Shown here piece by piece: positions 1 through 9,613 of a DNA stretch of 64,000 nucleotides; within the stretch, counting starts at the first letter, position 1, and each line of letters starts with the position of its first letter. The stretch covers positions 1,024,001 through 1,088,000 of the forward strand of contig CP182352.1 of NCBI GenBank assembly GCA_048571215.1, given 5' to 3'. The position numbers were made by a program, and so were the translations under genes. The notes under the pieces are model-generated. The model saw nothing but the letters and a program-made list of their open reading frames with translations, was not told where the DNA came from and did not search any database. The stretch comes from Halarcobacter sp. (GTDB lineage: Bacteria > Campylobacterota > Campylobacteria > Campylobacterales > Arcobacteraceae).

Positions 1-344
1 CCCATTCAATAGATATGGTTAAAAAAGGTACAGCAAAAGTTAGACTTACTGTACTTGGTTTCCATGCAAAAATTGCAAAAACAAAAGTTGAAAAACAAGA
101 AGTTGCAACTGTTGGTAAGTATTATGTTCAAGTTGGAGCCTTTAGAAGATATGAGGGTGCTAAAATAACACAAAGAAAATTTGAAATGATATTAGATAGT
201 AGGTATAATGTGGTTATTAAAGAGGGTATTTATTTAAATAAACCTATAAATAGGGTTTGGGTTGCAGGATTTAGATCTGAAGAGGAAGCAAAAGATTTCA
301 AATCTAAAAATGGATTAAATAGTGCTATGATTATTGCAGAATAG
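1..344 (+). CDS. rlpA: Septal ring lytic transglycosylase RlpA family protein, C-terminal part with SPOR domain (5' end outside window)
   Basis: The frame is open from the window edge (HSIDMVKKGTAKVRLTV, end of the DPBB domain), followed by SPOR-type YYVQVGAF...RVWVAGF. Confidence 0.85.
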   Translation, partial: HSIDMVKKGTAKVRLTVLGFHAKIAKTKVEKQEVATVGKYYVQVGAFRRYEGAKITQRKFEMILDSRYNVVIKEGIYLNKPINRVWVAGFRSEEEAKDFKSKNGLNSAMIIAE

Positions 345-352
345 GAAAATTT

Positions 353-925
353 ATGGCTGAGATTAATAGAAAAACAAAAGAAACAGATATTAAATGTAAA
401 GTTGATATTTATGGAGATGGTACTTCAAGTATAGATACTGGAATTGGTTTTTTTGACCATATGTTAGAAGCTTTATCTAAACATAGTGGAATAGATATAA
501 GTTTAGAATGTAAAGGTGATTTGCATATAGATTTTCATCATAGTGTAGAAGATTGTGGAATTGTATTAGGAAAAGCACTAAAAGAGGAGATTTTCCCAAT
601 ACAAAAAGTTGAAAGATATGGAAATGCAACTGTAGTTATGGATGAAGCAGCTACAACTTGTGCCCTTGATTTATCAAATAGACCTTTTTTGATATATAAA
701 ATAAATGTTAGTGGAAAAGTAGGGGAGTTTGATACTGAATTAGTTGAAGAATTTTTTAATGCTCTTGTTATGAATTCAGGTATCACTTGCCATCTAATTC
801 AAGATAGAGGTAGAAACAAACATCATATTATTGAAGCTAGTTTTAAAGCCTTTGCCGTTGCATTAAGAAGAGCGTTAGTTAAAAATGAGAAGTTAGGAAT
901 ACCAAGTACTAAAGGTGTGTTATGA
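353..925 (+). CDS. hisB: Imidazoleglycerol-phosphate dehydratase
   Basis: RKTKETDI, TGIGFFDHML, DLHIDFHHSVED and NKHHIIEASFKA signature motifs. Confidence 0.97.
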   Translation: MAEINRKTKETDIKCKVDIYGDGTSSIDTGIGFFDHMLEALSKHSGIDISLECKGDLHIDFHHSVEDCGIVLGKALKEEIFPIQKVERYGNATVVMDEAATTCALDLSNRPFLIYKINVSGKVGEFDTELVEEFFNALVMNSGITCHLIQDRGRNKHHIIEASFKAFAVALRRALVKNEKLGIPSTKGVL

Positions 926-1419
926 TCGAATTAATTGTACTTGATGTGGATGGTACCTTAACAAATGGACAAATAACATATACGAATAGTGGAGATGAGA
1001 TAAAATCATTTGATGTGGCAGATGGTTTATCTGTAGCAACATGGACTAAAAAGTTAGGTAAAAAAGCTGCAATTATAACAGGTAGAAACTCTTTAATAGT
1101 AAAAAGAAGAGCAGAAGACTTAAATATAAAGCACCTTTATCAAGGTGTACATAATAAAGATGAAGTTTTAGAATCTATTTTAAAAGAGGAAAATCTTTCT
1201 TGGAATCAAGTTGCAGCTATTGGTGATGATTTAAATGATTACAAGATGCTAAAAAAAGCTGGTTTATCATTTACTCCAGCTAATGGTTCATCTTATATAA
1301 AAGAGATAGTAAATGTTCAGTGTAAAAATTATGGTGGAAGTGGTGCTGTAAGGGAGATGATTGAATATATCATAAAAGAAGATGGAATTGAAGAGGATTA
1401 TTTAAACGCATGGTTATAA
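922..1419 (+). CDS. kdsC: KDO 8-phosphate phosphatase (HAD family)
   Basis: LDVDGTLT HAD motif I, IGDDLND, GGSGAVRE; located before lptC-lptA. Confidence 0.93.
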   Translation: MIELIVLDVDGTLTNGQITYTNSGDEIKSFDVADGLSVATWTKKLGKKAAIITGRNSLIVKRRAEDLNIKHLYQGVHNKDEVLESILKEENLSWNQVAAIGDDLNDYKMLKKAGLSFTPANGSSYIKEIVNVQCKNYGGSGAVREMIEYIIKEDGIEEDYLNAWL

Positions 1420-1934
1420 GAATCTTTTTTTTGGGTATGCTATTCCTAGCTACTTTAAGTTATTTTATACCAGTAAATAATAAAAAAGTAGATGATAATA
1501 TAGATGATATAGCACTTTTAACTTTTGATGATGCTACAATGTATACTCTAACAACTGAAAGTATGAATAGAATAATCTATACAAAAAAAGCTGTTAGATA
1601 TAAAACAAAAGATATGATGTATGATGGAGCTTTAACTTTAAAAAGTAAAGATAAAGCTAATAATCAAATCACAGATGTTTTATATGCAGATTTGATTATA
1701 AAAAGAGGTGATAACTTCAAATTTATAAATAATGTTAAATATAAAAGAGATGATTATATAACTTTATATACTAATGAATTAGTATATAATGCTAAAAATA
1801 AAATAGCAACAAATAGTGTTCCTTTTAATGGAACCTATTACAATAATAGTTTAAGTGGTGAAAAAATTTATCTAAATTTAAATAAATATCATTTAAAAGC
1901 AGATAATACCCATTTTGAAATAAATATTAAATAG
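1410..1934 (+). CDS. lptC: LPS export periplasmic protein LptC-like
   Basis: N-terminal membrane anchor and beta-rich body; kdsC-lptC-lptA synteny. The sequence is divergent, so the call rests mainly on position. Confidence 0.7.
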   Translation: MVIRIFFLGMLFLATLSYFIPVNNKKVDDNIDDIALLTFDDATMYTLTTESMNRIIYTKKAVRYKTKDMMYDGALTLKSKDKANNQITDVLYADLIIKRGDNFKFINNVKYKRDDYITLYTNELVYNAKNKIATNSVPFNGTYYNNSLSGEKIYLNLNKYHLKADNTHFEINIK

Positions 1935-1946
1935 ATGAGGAAATAG

Positions 1947-2435
1947 ATGAAATATATATTAGCTTTAGCTTTTTTTATATCTTTAAGTTTTGCACAACAA
2001 GAAAAACTTGTAATTGATGCAAATAGTTTTGAAGCAGATGATAAAAGAGGTATCTCGGTATTTACTGGTAATGTAAAATTAAAAATGGGTAATGATAGAT
2101 TAAATGCCAACAAGTTAGAGATATATGTGGACACAAAAAGTAAATCAAAATCAAAAACTCCTACAAAATATATTGCAACAGGTGCTGTTGACTTTGAGAT
2201 TCATTCAAAAGGAAAAATATTTATTGGAAATGGAAATAGAGTAATATATAACCCAAGTAAACAAGAATATACAGTTATTGGTAAAGGTTATATAAAAGAA
2301 AAAGTTGAACAAAGAGAAATCTATGCAGATAAAATATTTATAAATCAGTTAACAGGTAGTGCAAGGGTTAGTGGTAGTGAAGATAAACCTGTTAGATTTA
2401 TTTTAAATATTGACAATAGTGGAAAACAACAATGA
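1947..2435 (+). CDS. lptA: LPS transport periplasmic protein LptA
   Basis: Signal peptide; OstA-type IDANSFEAD...FTGNVKL...YIATG and KPVRFIL. Confidence 0.88.
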   Translation: MKYILALAFFISLSFAQQEKLVIDANSFEADDKRGISVFTGNVKLKMGNDRLNANKLEIYVDTKSKSKSKTPTKYIATGAVDFEIHSKGKIFIGNGNRVIYNPSKQEYTVIGKGYIKEKVEQREIYADKIFINQLTGSARVSGSEDKPVRFILNIDNSGKQQ

Positions 2436-3034
2436 AAATAGTTGATGCTAAGTTTTTAACTTCTGCTCAAAGTATAAGTGATTCTCCCAGTCCTGATTGT
2501 GCAGAAGTTGCTTTTTTAGGTAGAAGTAATGTTGGTAAATCTTCATTATTGAATACTTTAACAAATAGAAAAGGTTTAGCAAAATCCTCATCAACTCCAG
2601 GGAAAACCCAATTGATAAACTATTTTGATATAAAATTTAAAACAACAAATGAAGAAACACCATATCTTTTTTCAAGATTTGTTGATTTACCTGGATTTGG
2701 ATATGCTAAAGTTTCTAAAAGTTTAAAAAAAGAGTGGAATAGAAACTTAACTGAGTATTTAGAGCAAAGACCAAACTTACAAATCTTTGTACACTTAATA
2801 GATGCCAGACATCCACAACTAGAGATTGATAAAAATGTAGATATGTTTTTAGATAGTATAAAAAGGGGTGATCAGATTATTTTACATGCTTTTACAAAAA
2901 CTGATAAGTTAAAGCAAAATGATTTGGCAAAATTAAAAAGGGAATATCCAGAAGGGATATTTGTATCTAACCTTAAAAAAAGAGGTTTGGACCAACTTCA
3001 AAATAGAATTACAGGATATTTATTTGGAAATTAA
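2432..3034 (+). CDS. yihA: Ribosome biogenesis GTP-binding protein YihA/YsxC (EngB)
   Basis: GRSNVGKSS, STPGKTQLIN, DLPGFGYAK and TKTDK motifs. Confidence 0.96.
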   Translation: MKIVDAKFLTSAQSISDSPSPDCAEVAFLGRSNVGKSSLLNTLTNRKGLAKSSSTPGKTQLINYFDIKFKTTNEETPYLFSRFVDLPGFGYAKVSKSLKKEWNRNLTEYLEQRPNLQIFVHLIDARHPQLEIDKNVDMFLDSIKRGDQIILHAFTKTDKLKQNDLAKLKREYPEGIFVSNLKKRGLDQLQNRITGYLFGN

Positions 3035-3485
3035 TTTTTTTAAACCAGATGTAAGTCATATTATAGCAATGCAAGCACTAGTAAAAGAAGAGGTTGATAA
3101 TGGAACTATTCTTTTACGAACAGAAGATGAAATGGCTAATACTATTAGATCATATACTGTAGTTGAAGTGGATGGTGAACTAGCAGGATTTACTGCACTT
3201 CATATCCATTCAATTAGGTTATCAGAGGTAAGAAGTTTAGTTGTCTCAAAAAAATTTAGAGGCTTAAACTTAGGTAGAAAATTGGTTGAAGCTTGTATAA
3301 CAGAGGGGAAAAAACTTCAATTACAACAGATTTTGTCTTTAACCTATCAAAGAGAGTTCTTTTTGAAATTAGGTTTTAAAGAGATTGAAAAAGAGAATAT
3401 ACCTGAACATAAAATTTGGGCAGACTGTATTCGATGTAAACATTTCCCTATATGTGATGAAATTGCAATGGTTTATGATTTGTAA
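3024..3485 (+). CDS. GNAT N-acetyltransferase, short ArgA-like
   Basis: EVRSLVV...RGLNLG, FFLKLGF and KIWADCIRCKHFPICDE. Start moved to TTG 3024, which follows AGGA at 3013. Confidence 0.85.
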   Translation: MEINFFKPDVSHIIAMQALVKEEVDNGTILLRTEDEMANTIRSYTVVEVDGELAGFTALHIHSIRLSEVRSLVVSKKFRGLNLGRKLVEACITEGKKLQLQQILSLTYQREFFLKLGFKEIEKENIPEHKIWADCIRCKHFPICDEIAMVYDL

Positions 3486-5640
3486 AAATATAGTATTATA
3501 TTTTTTACTATCAACAATAATACTCACAAACTCTACAGCAGATAATAGTATTGAGCAAAAAAATGAGACCATTACACAAGAATATAAAACAAAAATTGTA
3601 AGTTTAAGCCCTGAAGAGAGAGCCTTTCTAATAAAAACAAAACTTAATTGTGTAATCTCTTCTGATTGGAATCCTTTTAATTTTAAAGAGAATGGAAAAC
3701 TAGTTGGAATCTCTCTTGATTATTGGAATTTAATAAAGAAAAAAACTTTAATTGATTCTGATTGTAAAGAGGTTTCATCTTTCGATAAAGCAGTTAATTT
3801 AATCAAAAATAAAAAAGCTGATGTTACTTTATCAATAGCTGTATCAGAAGATAAAGTAGAATATGGACTTTTTTCTCTCCCTTATGCTTCATATCCAATT
3901 GCTATAGCAACAACAAGTGATAAAAGATATATAAGTGATATAACTATTTTAAATGGAAAAAAAATTGCAGTTGGAAAATCTTATAATACATATACAATCT
4001 TAAAAAACAAATATCCCAAAATCAATTTTTTCCAATATTCAAATAATGTAGAAGCTTTAAAGGCTTTAAGTAAAGGTGATGTTTTTGCAGTTATTGATAT
4101 ATTGCCAGCTTTATCACAAGTTATCTCAGATAGTGGATTTAAAAATATTAAAATCTCTGGTACAACAGAGTTTAACTTTGATATTAGAGTTATGGTAAGA
4201 AGAGACTATGAAGTATTAATGCCAATTATTAACAAAGGAATTTTATCTATTAGTAAAGAAGAGATGAAAAAAATAAAAAATAGATGGTTTTCTGTAAAAG
4301 TTGAAAAGCTTGTACATTTCCAATATTTATGGGAAGTAGTTTCAGTTATAGCATCTTTTCTTTTTATTCTTTTTTATAGACAACTGATATTAAATAAACA
4401 CAATAAAAAGTTGCAATTAGCAAATGAAGAGATTGAAAAAAAGAGTTTTGAACTACAAAAAAAGACGCAAGAGTTAGTAAAACAAAAGATTTTATTTGAA
4501 AAAATTTATTATGAATCTACAGATGGAATTATTCTTGTAAAAGCTGATGATATATCGGTGTTAGATTGTAATAACTCCGCTTATAAACTTTTATCGTATA
4601 CAAGTAAAACAGAGTTTCTTATAGAAGAGTTTTTTAATTTTTTTCCAGAGTATCAACCAAATGGTTTTAAATCTAAGGCAAAATTTATAGAGATGATTCA
4701 AATAGCTGTTAAAACAGGTTCCTATCTTTTTGAATGGGTTCATAAAACAAAAGCTGGTACAAATATATGGATAGAGGTTGTTATTACAGCTATTAATATA
4801 AACCATGAGTCTATTTTACATATTGTTTGGAGAAATATAGATAATAGAAAGAAAATTGAGAATGAATTAAATAATTTAACTCATACCTTAGAAGATAGAG
4901 TTAAAAGTGAGATTAAGAAAAATGAAGAGAAAACCAATCAACTAATGCAACAATCAAGGCTTGCTCAAATGGGGGAGATGATATCTATGATTGCCCACCA
5001 GTGGAGACAACCTCTAACAGCTATCTCTGCAACAGCAAATAATATGTTGATTAGGTTTATGTTAGATGAAAAAATAAAAAAAGAGGTGATAGAAAAGGAG
5101 CTAACACGTATCTCTGAATATTCTCAACATCTATCTTCAACAATTGATGATTTTAGAAACTTCTTCAAAAGTGATAGAAAAAAAGTTAAAATTGCTATTG
5201 ATACAATCATTGAAAACTCTTTATCTATTTTAAGTAATTCTTTAATCTCAAATGATATCAAAATAAAAAGAGATTATAGATGTAATAAGTTGATAAATCT
5301 TAACCCTACAGAGATAAATCAAGTTATATTAAATATAATAAAAAATGCAGAAGATACCATAATAGAAAGAAAAATCCAAGCTGGAAAAATTGAAATAAAA
5401 ACTTTTAACGATGAAGATAATGTTTATATTGAAATTTCAGATAATGCTATGGGAATAGAGGATGATATTATTGAAAAAATCTTTGATCCATATTTTTCAA
5501 CAAAACTTTCAAAAGATGGTACTGGATTGGGATTGTATATGAGTAAGATTATAATAAATGATCACTGCCAAGGTAATTTGTATGTTGAAAATATAGAAAA
5601 TGGAGCTGTTTTTAAAATTATACTACCAATATCTAATTAG
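3475..5640 (+). CDS. Sensor histidine kinase with periplasmic substrate-binding domain and PAS domain
   Basis: DWNPFNF-type SBP domain, TM segment, PAS, H-box MIAHQWRQPL, N-box NIIKNAED, GTGLGL. Probable start ATG 3475. No adjacent response regulator. Confidence 0.9.
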   Translation: MICKNIVLYFLLSTIILTNSTADNSIEQKNETITQEYKTKIVSLSPEERAFLIKTKLNCVISSDWNPFNFKENGKLVGISLDYWNLIKKKTLIDSDCKEVSSFDKAVNLIKNKKADVTLSIAVSEDKVEYGLFSLPYASYPIAIATTSDKRYISDITILNGKKIAVGKSYNTYTILKNKYPKINFFQYSNNVEALKALSKGDVFAVIDILPALSQVISDSGFKNIKISGTTEFNFDIRVMVRRDYEVLMPIINKGILSISKEEMKKIKNRWFSVKVEKLVHFQYLWEVVSVIASFLFILFYRQLILNKHNKKLQLANEEIEKKSFELQKKTQELVKQKILFEKIYYESTDGIILVKADDISVLDCNNSAYKLLSYTSKTEFLIEEFFNFFPEYQPNGFKSKAKFIEMIQIAVKTGSYLFEWVHKTKAGTNIWIEVVITAININHESILHIVWRNIDNRKKIENELNNLTHTLEDRVKSEIKKNEEKTNQLMQQSRLAQMGEMISMIAHQWRQPLTAISATANNMLIRFMLDEKIKKEVIEKELTRISEYSQHLSSTIDDFRNFFKSDRKKVKIAIDTIIENSLSILSNSLISNDIKIKRDYRCNKLINLNPTEINQVILNIIKNAEDTIIERKIQAGKIEIKTFNDEDNVYIEISDNAMGIEDDIIEKIFDPYFSTKLSKDGTGLGLYMSKIIINDHCQGNLYVENIENGAVFKIILPISN

Positions 5641-5654
5641 ATATTGGTTTTTTT
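5625..5654. terminator. Perfect 24-bp palindrome shared by two convergent gene ends; likely bidirectional terminator
   Basis: ACCAATATCTAATTAGATATTGGT (5625-5648) followed by a T run on the + strand. Confidence 0.6.
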
Positions 5655-7306
5655 AACAATTTTTTTATTTGATTTTTTATAATTACTGGCACAAAAAACA
5701 TAGAAACTACATATGATATTAAGGTTCCACCAATTAATGCAACTCCAAGTCCTCCAAATACTGCATCTGTTGCTAGTAAAGAAGAAGCAAATACCATAGT
5801 TAGAACTGTTAAAATAATAGGTTTTGATCTAGTTGCTGTAGCTTTTGCAATAGCCTCATTTATACCCATATTTTTCTCTTCTATTAACTGTTTTGTAAAA
5901 TCAATAATAAGAGTAGAGTTTCTTGAGTTTATTCCAATTAAGCCTATAAATCCTATCAAAGATGTTGCTGTTAGGTAAAAGGTATCTGTAGTAAATATAT
6001 CCATAATTAAGTGAGCAAATATTACTCCAATAATGGAGATAAAACTAGATAATACAATTCCCCCTGAAATAGCAAAACTTTTATAATATATAACCATTAA
6101 AAAGAATATTAGAACCAGTGCAATTATAAAAGCACCACCCAAATCTATAAAGGTGTCAATTGTTACTTTTAACTCTCCATCCCAAACTAGTTTAAATTTT
6201 TCTTTAGTATTTTTATTTATAAACTCTAGATTTAACATATTAGATTTTACTACTTTATAATTCTTGTCAAAGTACTTAAGCATTTGATTTCTTGCATCAA
6301 GAAGAGGGTATATTTGACTATCTTTATTTGTTTCTGCTATCACATTAATCATTGGTGTAAGATTTTTTGAGGTCAATGTTGGTTCTTTAATACTCTCTTG
6401 TACTGTTACAAGTTCATTTAAAGGTACCATTAGTCCAGATTTATTCATAACTTTTAGTGTAGAAAGTTTATTGATAATAGATTTTTTATCATTTGCTTCA
6501 AAAATTCTATTTTTATCTAATCTCAAAAATATTGGTACTTGGTTTTGTGTATCATTTTCATTTACAGCTGCTATTTCCATCCCATTGTATGCCATAAAAA
6601 GGATATTTTTTACTTGCTGTATTGAGAGATTACTTTTTATGATTTTATTGTTATCTAATTTTATCTCAAACTTTTTTTCCTTATCATCTGCAAGGGTATC
6701 CACATCTACTAAACTTTTTTGCTCTTTTAAAATAGCTTCAATTTTTTTTGCAAATTCTCGTCTTGATTCAAAACTATTACCACCATAAATCTCTGCAACT
6801 ATTGAAGCCAAAACAGGAGGACCTGCAGGTAATTCAATAAGTTTAATATTGGCATCATGCATACTACAACTGCTTTGAAGTTGATCTCTTATAGAGCTTA
6901 CAAAGTTATAACTTCTTATATCTCTGTTGTGAGATTTTTTTATGTTTACCATAATCTCAGCTTGAGATTCTTTATCTTTTAATGCACTTTGTTTAACCAA
7001 ACCAGCAAAATCAAGGGGTTGACCTTGAGCTAAGAAAACAGATACATCTTCAACTAACTCTTTTTTTATCAAAATCTTAGAGATACACGATGTTACCTCT
7101 TTTGTTTGTGCAACAGAGGAACCATCTTTTAAATCCACATAAACAGAAAAAGTATCTGAATCTTTACTTGGTAACATCTTCGCTTTCACAATCTCAGTTG
7201 GAAAGCTTATAATTGATAATATAAATAATCCTAAGGTTATCAAATAAACAAAGAGTGATTTAGAAGGATTTTCTAAAATATTGTAAATAAACTTTTCTAA
7301 TTTCAT
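5633..7306 (-). CDS. RND efflux permease, C-terminal half encoded as a separate gene
   Basis: TM + periplasmic domain (PAGPPV) + TM bundle with GLIGINSRNSTLIIDF and TRSKPIILT; own RBS AAGGA. Confidence 0.88.
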   Translation of the reverse strand: MKLEKFIYNILENPSKSLFVYLITLGLFILSIISFPTEIVKAKMLPSKDSDTFSVYVDLKDGSSVAQTKEVTSCISKILIKKELVEDVSVFLAQGQPLDFAGLVKQSALKDKESQAEIMVNIKKSHNRDIRSYNFVSSIRDQLQSSCSMHDANIKLIELPAGPPVLASIVAEIYGGNSFESRREFAKKIEAILKEQKSLVDVDTLADDKEKKFEIKLDNNKIIKSNLSIQQVKNILFMAYNGMEIAAVNENDTQNQVPIFLRLDKNRIFEANDKKSIINKLSTLKVMNKSGLMVPLNELVTVQESIKEPTLTSKNLTPMINVIAETNKDSQIYPLLDARNQMLKYFDKNYKVVKSNMLNLEFINKNTKEKFKLVWDGELKVTIDTFIDLGGAFIIALVLIFFLMVIYYKSFAISGGIVLSSFISIIGVIFAHLIMDIFTTDTFYLTATSLIGFIGLIGINSRNSTLIIDFTKQLIEEKNMGINEAIAKATATRSKPIILTVLTMVFASSLLATDAVFGGLGVALIGGTLISYVVSMFFVPVIIKNQIKKLLKKPISN

Positions 7307-7314
7307 TTTAATCC

Positions 7315-8850
7315 TTATAAAAACTTTTTAACTAAATATGGGGTGAAAACATAAGCAATAATAAGTGAAACCACTAAAGCTATAGGAACAAATACAGGAA
7401 GAGGGTGCATAAATTGACCCATCATACCACCCACAAAAAACATTGGAATAAAGGTCATGATAATTGCAATCGTGGCAATATTTGTAGCATTTCCTATCTC
7501 ATTTGTAGCATTTATTGAGATGGTTTTTAAATCATTTTGGTCTTTATCCTCTTTTTTATGTCTTACAATATTTTCTATTACAATAATAGCAGCATCAACT
7601 AGCATACCTAAACTAACTATTAGTGCAAAAAGGGTGATTCTATTTATGGTTTCATCCATTATAAAGCCTATAAATAGAGTAAGGGATAAGATCATAGGAA
7701 CTAAAAGTGATACTATCATTGCTTCTTTAAAGCCTAATGAAAAAATCAATAAAATAGCAATAATCAAAATAGAGATAAGTAGGTTTTGAACTAAAGAGTT
7801 TACTGCATTGTTTGCTGTATATCCATCATCTCTTGTTATTACATATTTTATACCTTGTTTTGCTAAGTCATCTTTCATTGAATTTATATATTTAAAGATA
7901 TTTTCATTTATGGTTACAGAGTTTGCACCTTTAAGTTTTGATACACTTAAGGTTAATTGTTCTAAGCCTTCTTGATGCTCTTTAGTATAAAGGTAAGCAC
8001 TTTTTTTATTTTGTATATCATAACCTCTAGAGATCTCTGCAACATCTTTTAGATATATTGGAGTACCAAAATTATATGAAATAATAATATTTTCTAAATC
8101 CCTTTTAGACTCTATAGCATTTTTTATACCCAATATGGTTAGACTTGACTTTTTATTATCAGTTTTAATATTTGGCATAGTCAAAGATAAGGCTTTGATT
8201 TGTGAAGCTATTTGTCCTAAAGAGAGGTGATAAGCTGATAATCTATTTGGGTCAATTTGTACATTATATTGTACTTTTTTCTCACCTTTTAAATCGACCA
8301 ATGCCACTTGGTCTATTTTATTTACCTCATAGGCTATTTTACTTATCTTATTATATAGTTCAGTTTGAGAGATTTTATTTCCATCTGCATAAAAGGCTAT
8401 TGTAGCAATAGGAATATCTGTATCTATATCCATAGTTTTTATTATAGGTTGCATAGCACCTTTTGGAAGCATATCCATATTTCTCATAACTTGGTCATAA
8501 AGTTTTAGATTTGATTCCTCTTTATCTTCCCCTATAAAGTACTGAACCTGCACAATACCAACTGAATCTTTTGCAAAAGAGTAGATATGTTCCACCCCTT
8601 TAATCTCTCGTATTTTTTTCTCTAGTGGTTCAATTATTACTTTTTTTATTTGACTAGGTCTAGCACCAGGAAGTGCTACTATAACAGCACCACCACTAAC
8701 TTTTATTTGTGGGTTCTCTTCCCTTGGCATAAACTCCAAAGAGATAGCTCCTAAACAAAGAATAAAAATAGAAAGTATAAAAGTTAGAGGATGATTTATA
8801 AATGTTTTTGCAAGTTTTCCAGCAATATTTAAATCATTATTGTTGTACAT
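7315..8850 (-). CDS. RND efflux permease, N-terminal half
   Basis: PREENPQI, LGMLVDAAIIVIENI (TM4), GGMMGQFMHPLP. Confidence 0.9.
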   Translation of the reverse strand: MYNNNDLNIAGKLAKTFINHPLTFILSIFILCLGAISLEFMPREENPQIKVSGGAVIVALPGARPSQIKKVIIEPLEKKIREIKGVEHIYSFAKDSVGIVQVQYFIGEDKEESNLKLYDQVMRNMDMLPKGAMQPIIKTMDIDTDIPIATIAFYADGNKISQTELYNKISKIAYEVNKIDQVALVDLKGEKKVQYNVQIDPNRLSAYHLSLGQIASQIKALSLTMPNIKTDNKKSSLTILGIKNAIESKRDLENIIISYNFGTPIYLKDVAEISRGYDIQNKKSAYLYTKEHQEGLEQLTLSVSKLKGANSVTINENIFKYINSMKDDLAKQGIKYVITRDDGYTANNAVNSLVQNLLISILIIAILLIFSLGFKEAMIVSLLVPMILSLTLFIGFIMDETINRITLFALIVSLGMLVDAAIIVIENIVRHKKEDKDQNDLKTISINATNEIGNATNIATIAIIMTFIPMFFVGGMMGQFMHPLPVFVPIALVVSLIIAYVFTPYLVKKFL

Positions 8851-9613
8851 TATCTTGATCCACTTTCATAAAAATTTTACTATACATACCAGGATATATT
8901 CTTCTGTTTTTTGTATCAAAACCAATTTTTAAGATAAAGGTATGGGTCATATTTTGTGTATTTGGAAATATAGCTAAAATCTCCCCTTTTGTTTTAAAAT
9001 CAATTGATTCAATATATAAATCAACACTTTGACCTATTTTTATACTATTTAAGAAACTTTCTGCAATCTCTGCTTTTACCTTAAGACTGCTTAAATCAGA
9101 TAAAATCATAGCAGGACTTGAAGGCATTGCCATCTCTCCACTTTTAATACTTTTTTTAAGAATCAGTCCATTGTTTGGAGCTTTTATCTTTAGATATTGG
9201 TATTGTTGTTTTACTTCTTTGAGTTTTGCTTTTGCAATTTTAAGCATATTTTTTACATTTTCAAGTTTCAATTTCAATTGTTCCACATCATATTTTGGAA
9301 CTAAATCTTTTTTATAAAGTCTTTTATATCTATCATAATTTATTTGAAGATTATTTAGATTGTTTTCTAGTATTTGTATATTTAGTTGAGCCTCTTTTTT
9401 ATTGCTATCAATATTTGAAGAATCTATCTCATATAAAAGCTCTCCTTTATTTACAAAATCCCCTTCATTTACATAAACATTTTTTATAAATCCCATATAT
9501 CTACTTGTGATTATTTTCTCATTATCAGATATTATTGTACCGCTTATCTCAAGGGCATTTAAACTATTTGAAAATAGTATTACAAAAAATAGTGTTATTA
9601 TGTTTTTTTTCAT
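8837..9613 (-). CDS. RND efflux periplasmic adaptor (MFP)
   Basis: Lipoyl-like VYVNEGDFVNKGELL, coiled-coil hairpin, IKAPNNG, YPGMY. Confidence 0.92.
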   Translation of the reverse strand: MKKNIITLFFVILFSNSLNALEISGTIISDNEKIITSRYMGFIKNVYVNEGDFVNKGELLYEIDSSNIDSNKKEAQLNIQILENNLNNLQINYDRYKRLYKKDLVPKYDVEQLKLKLENVKNMLKIAKAKLKEVKQQYQYLKIKAPNNGLILKKSIKSGEMAMPSSPAMILSDLSSLKVKAEIAESFLNSIKIGQSVDLYIESIDFKTKGEILAIFPNTQNMTHTFILKIGFDTKNRRIYPGMYSKIFMKVDQDNVQQ

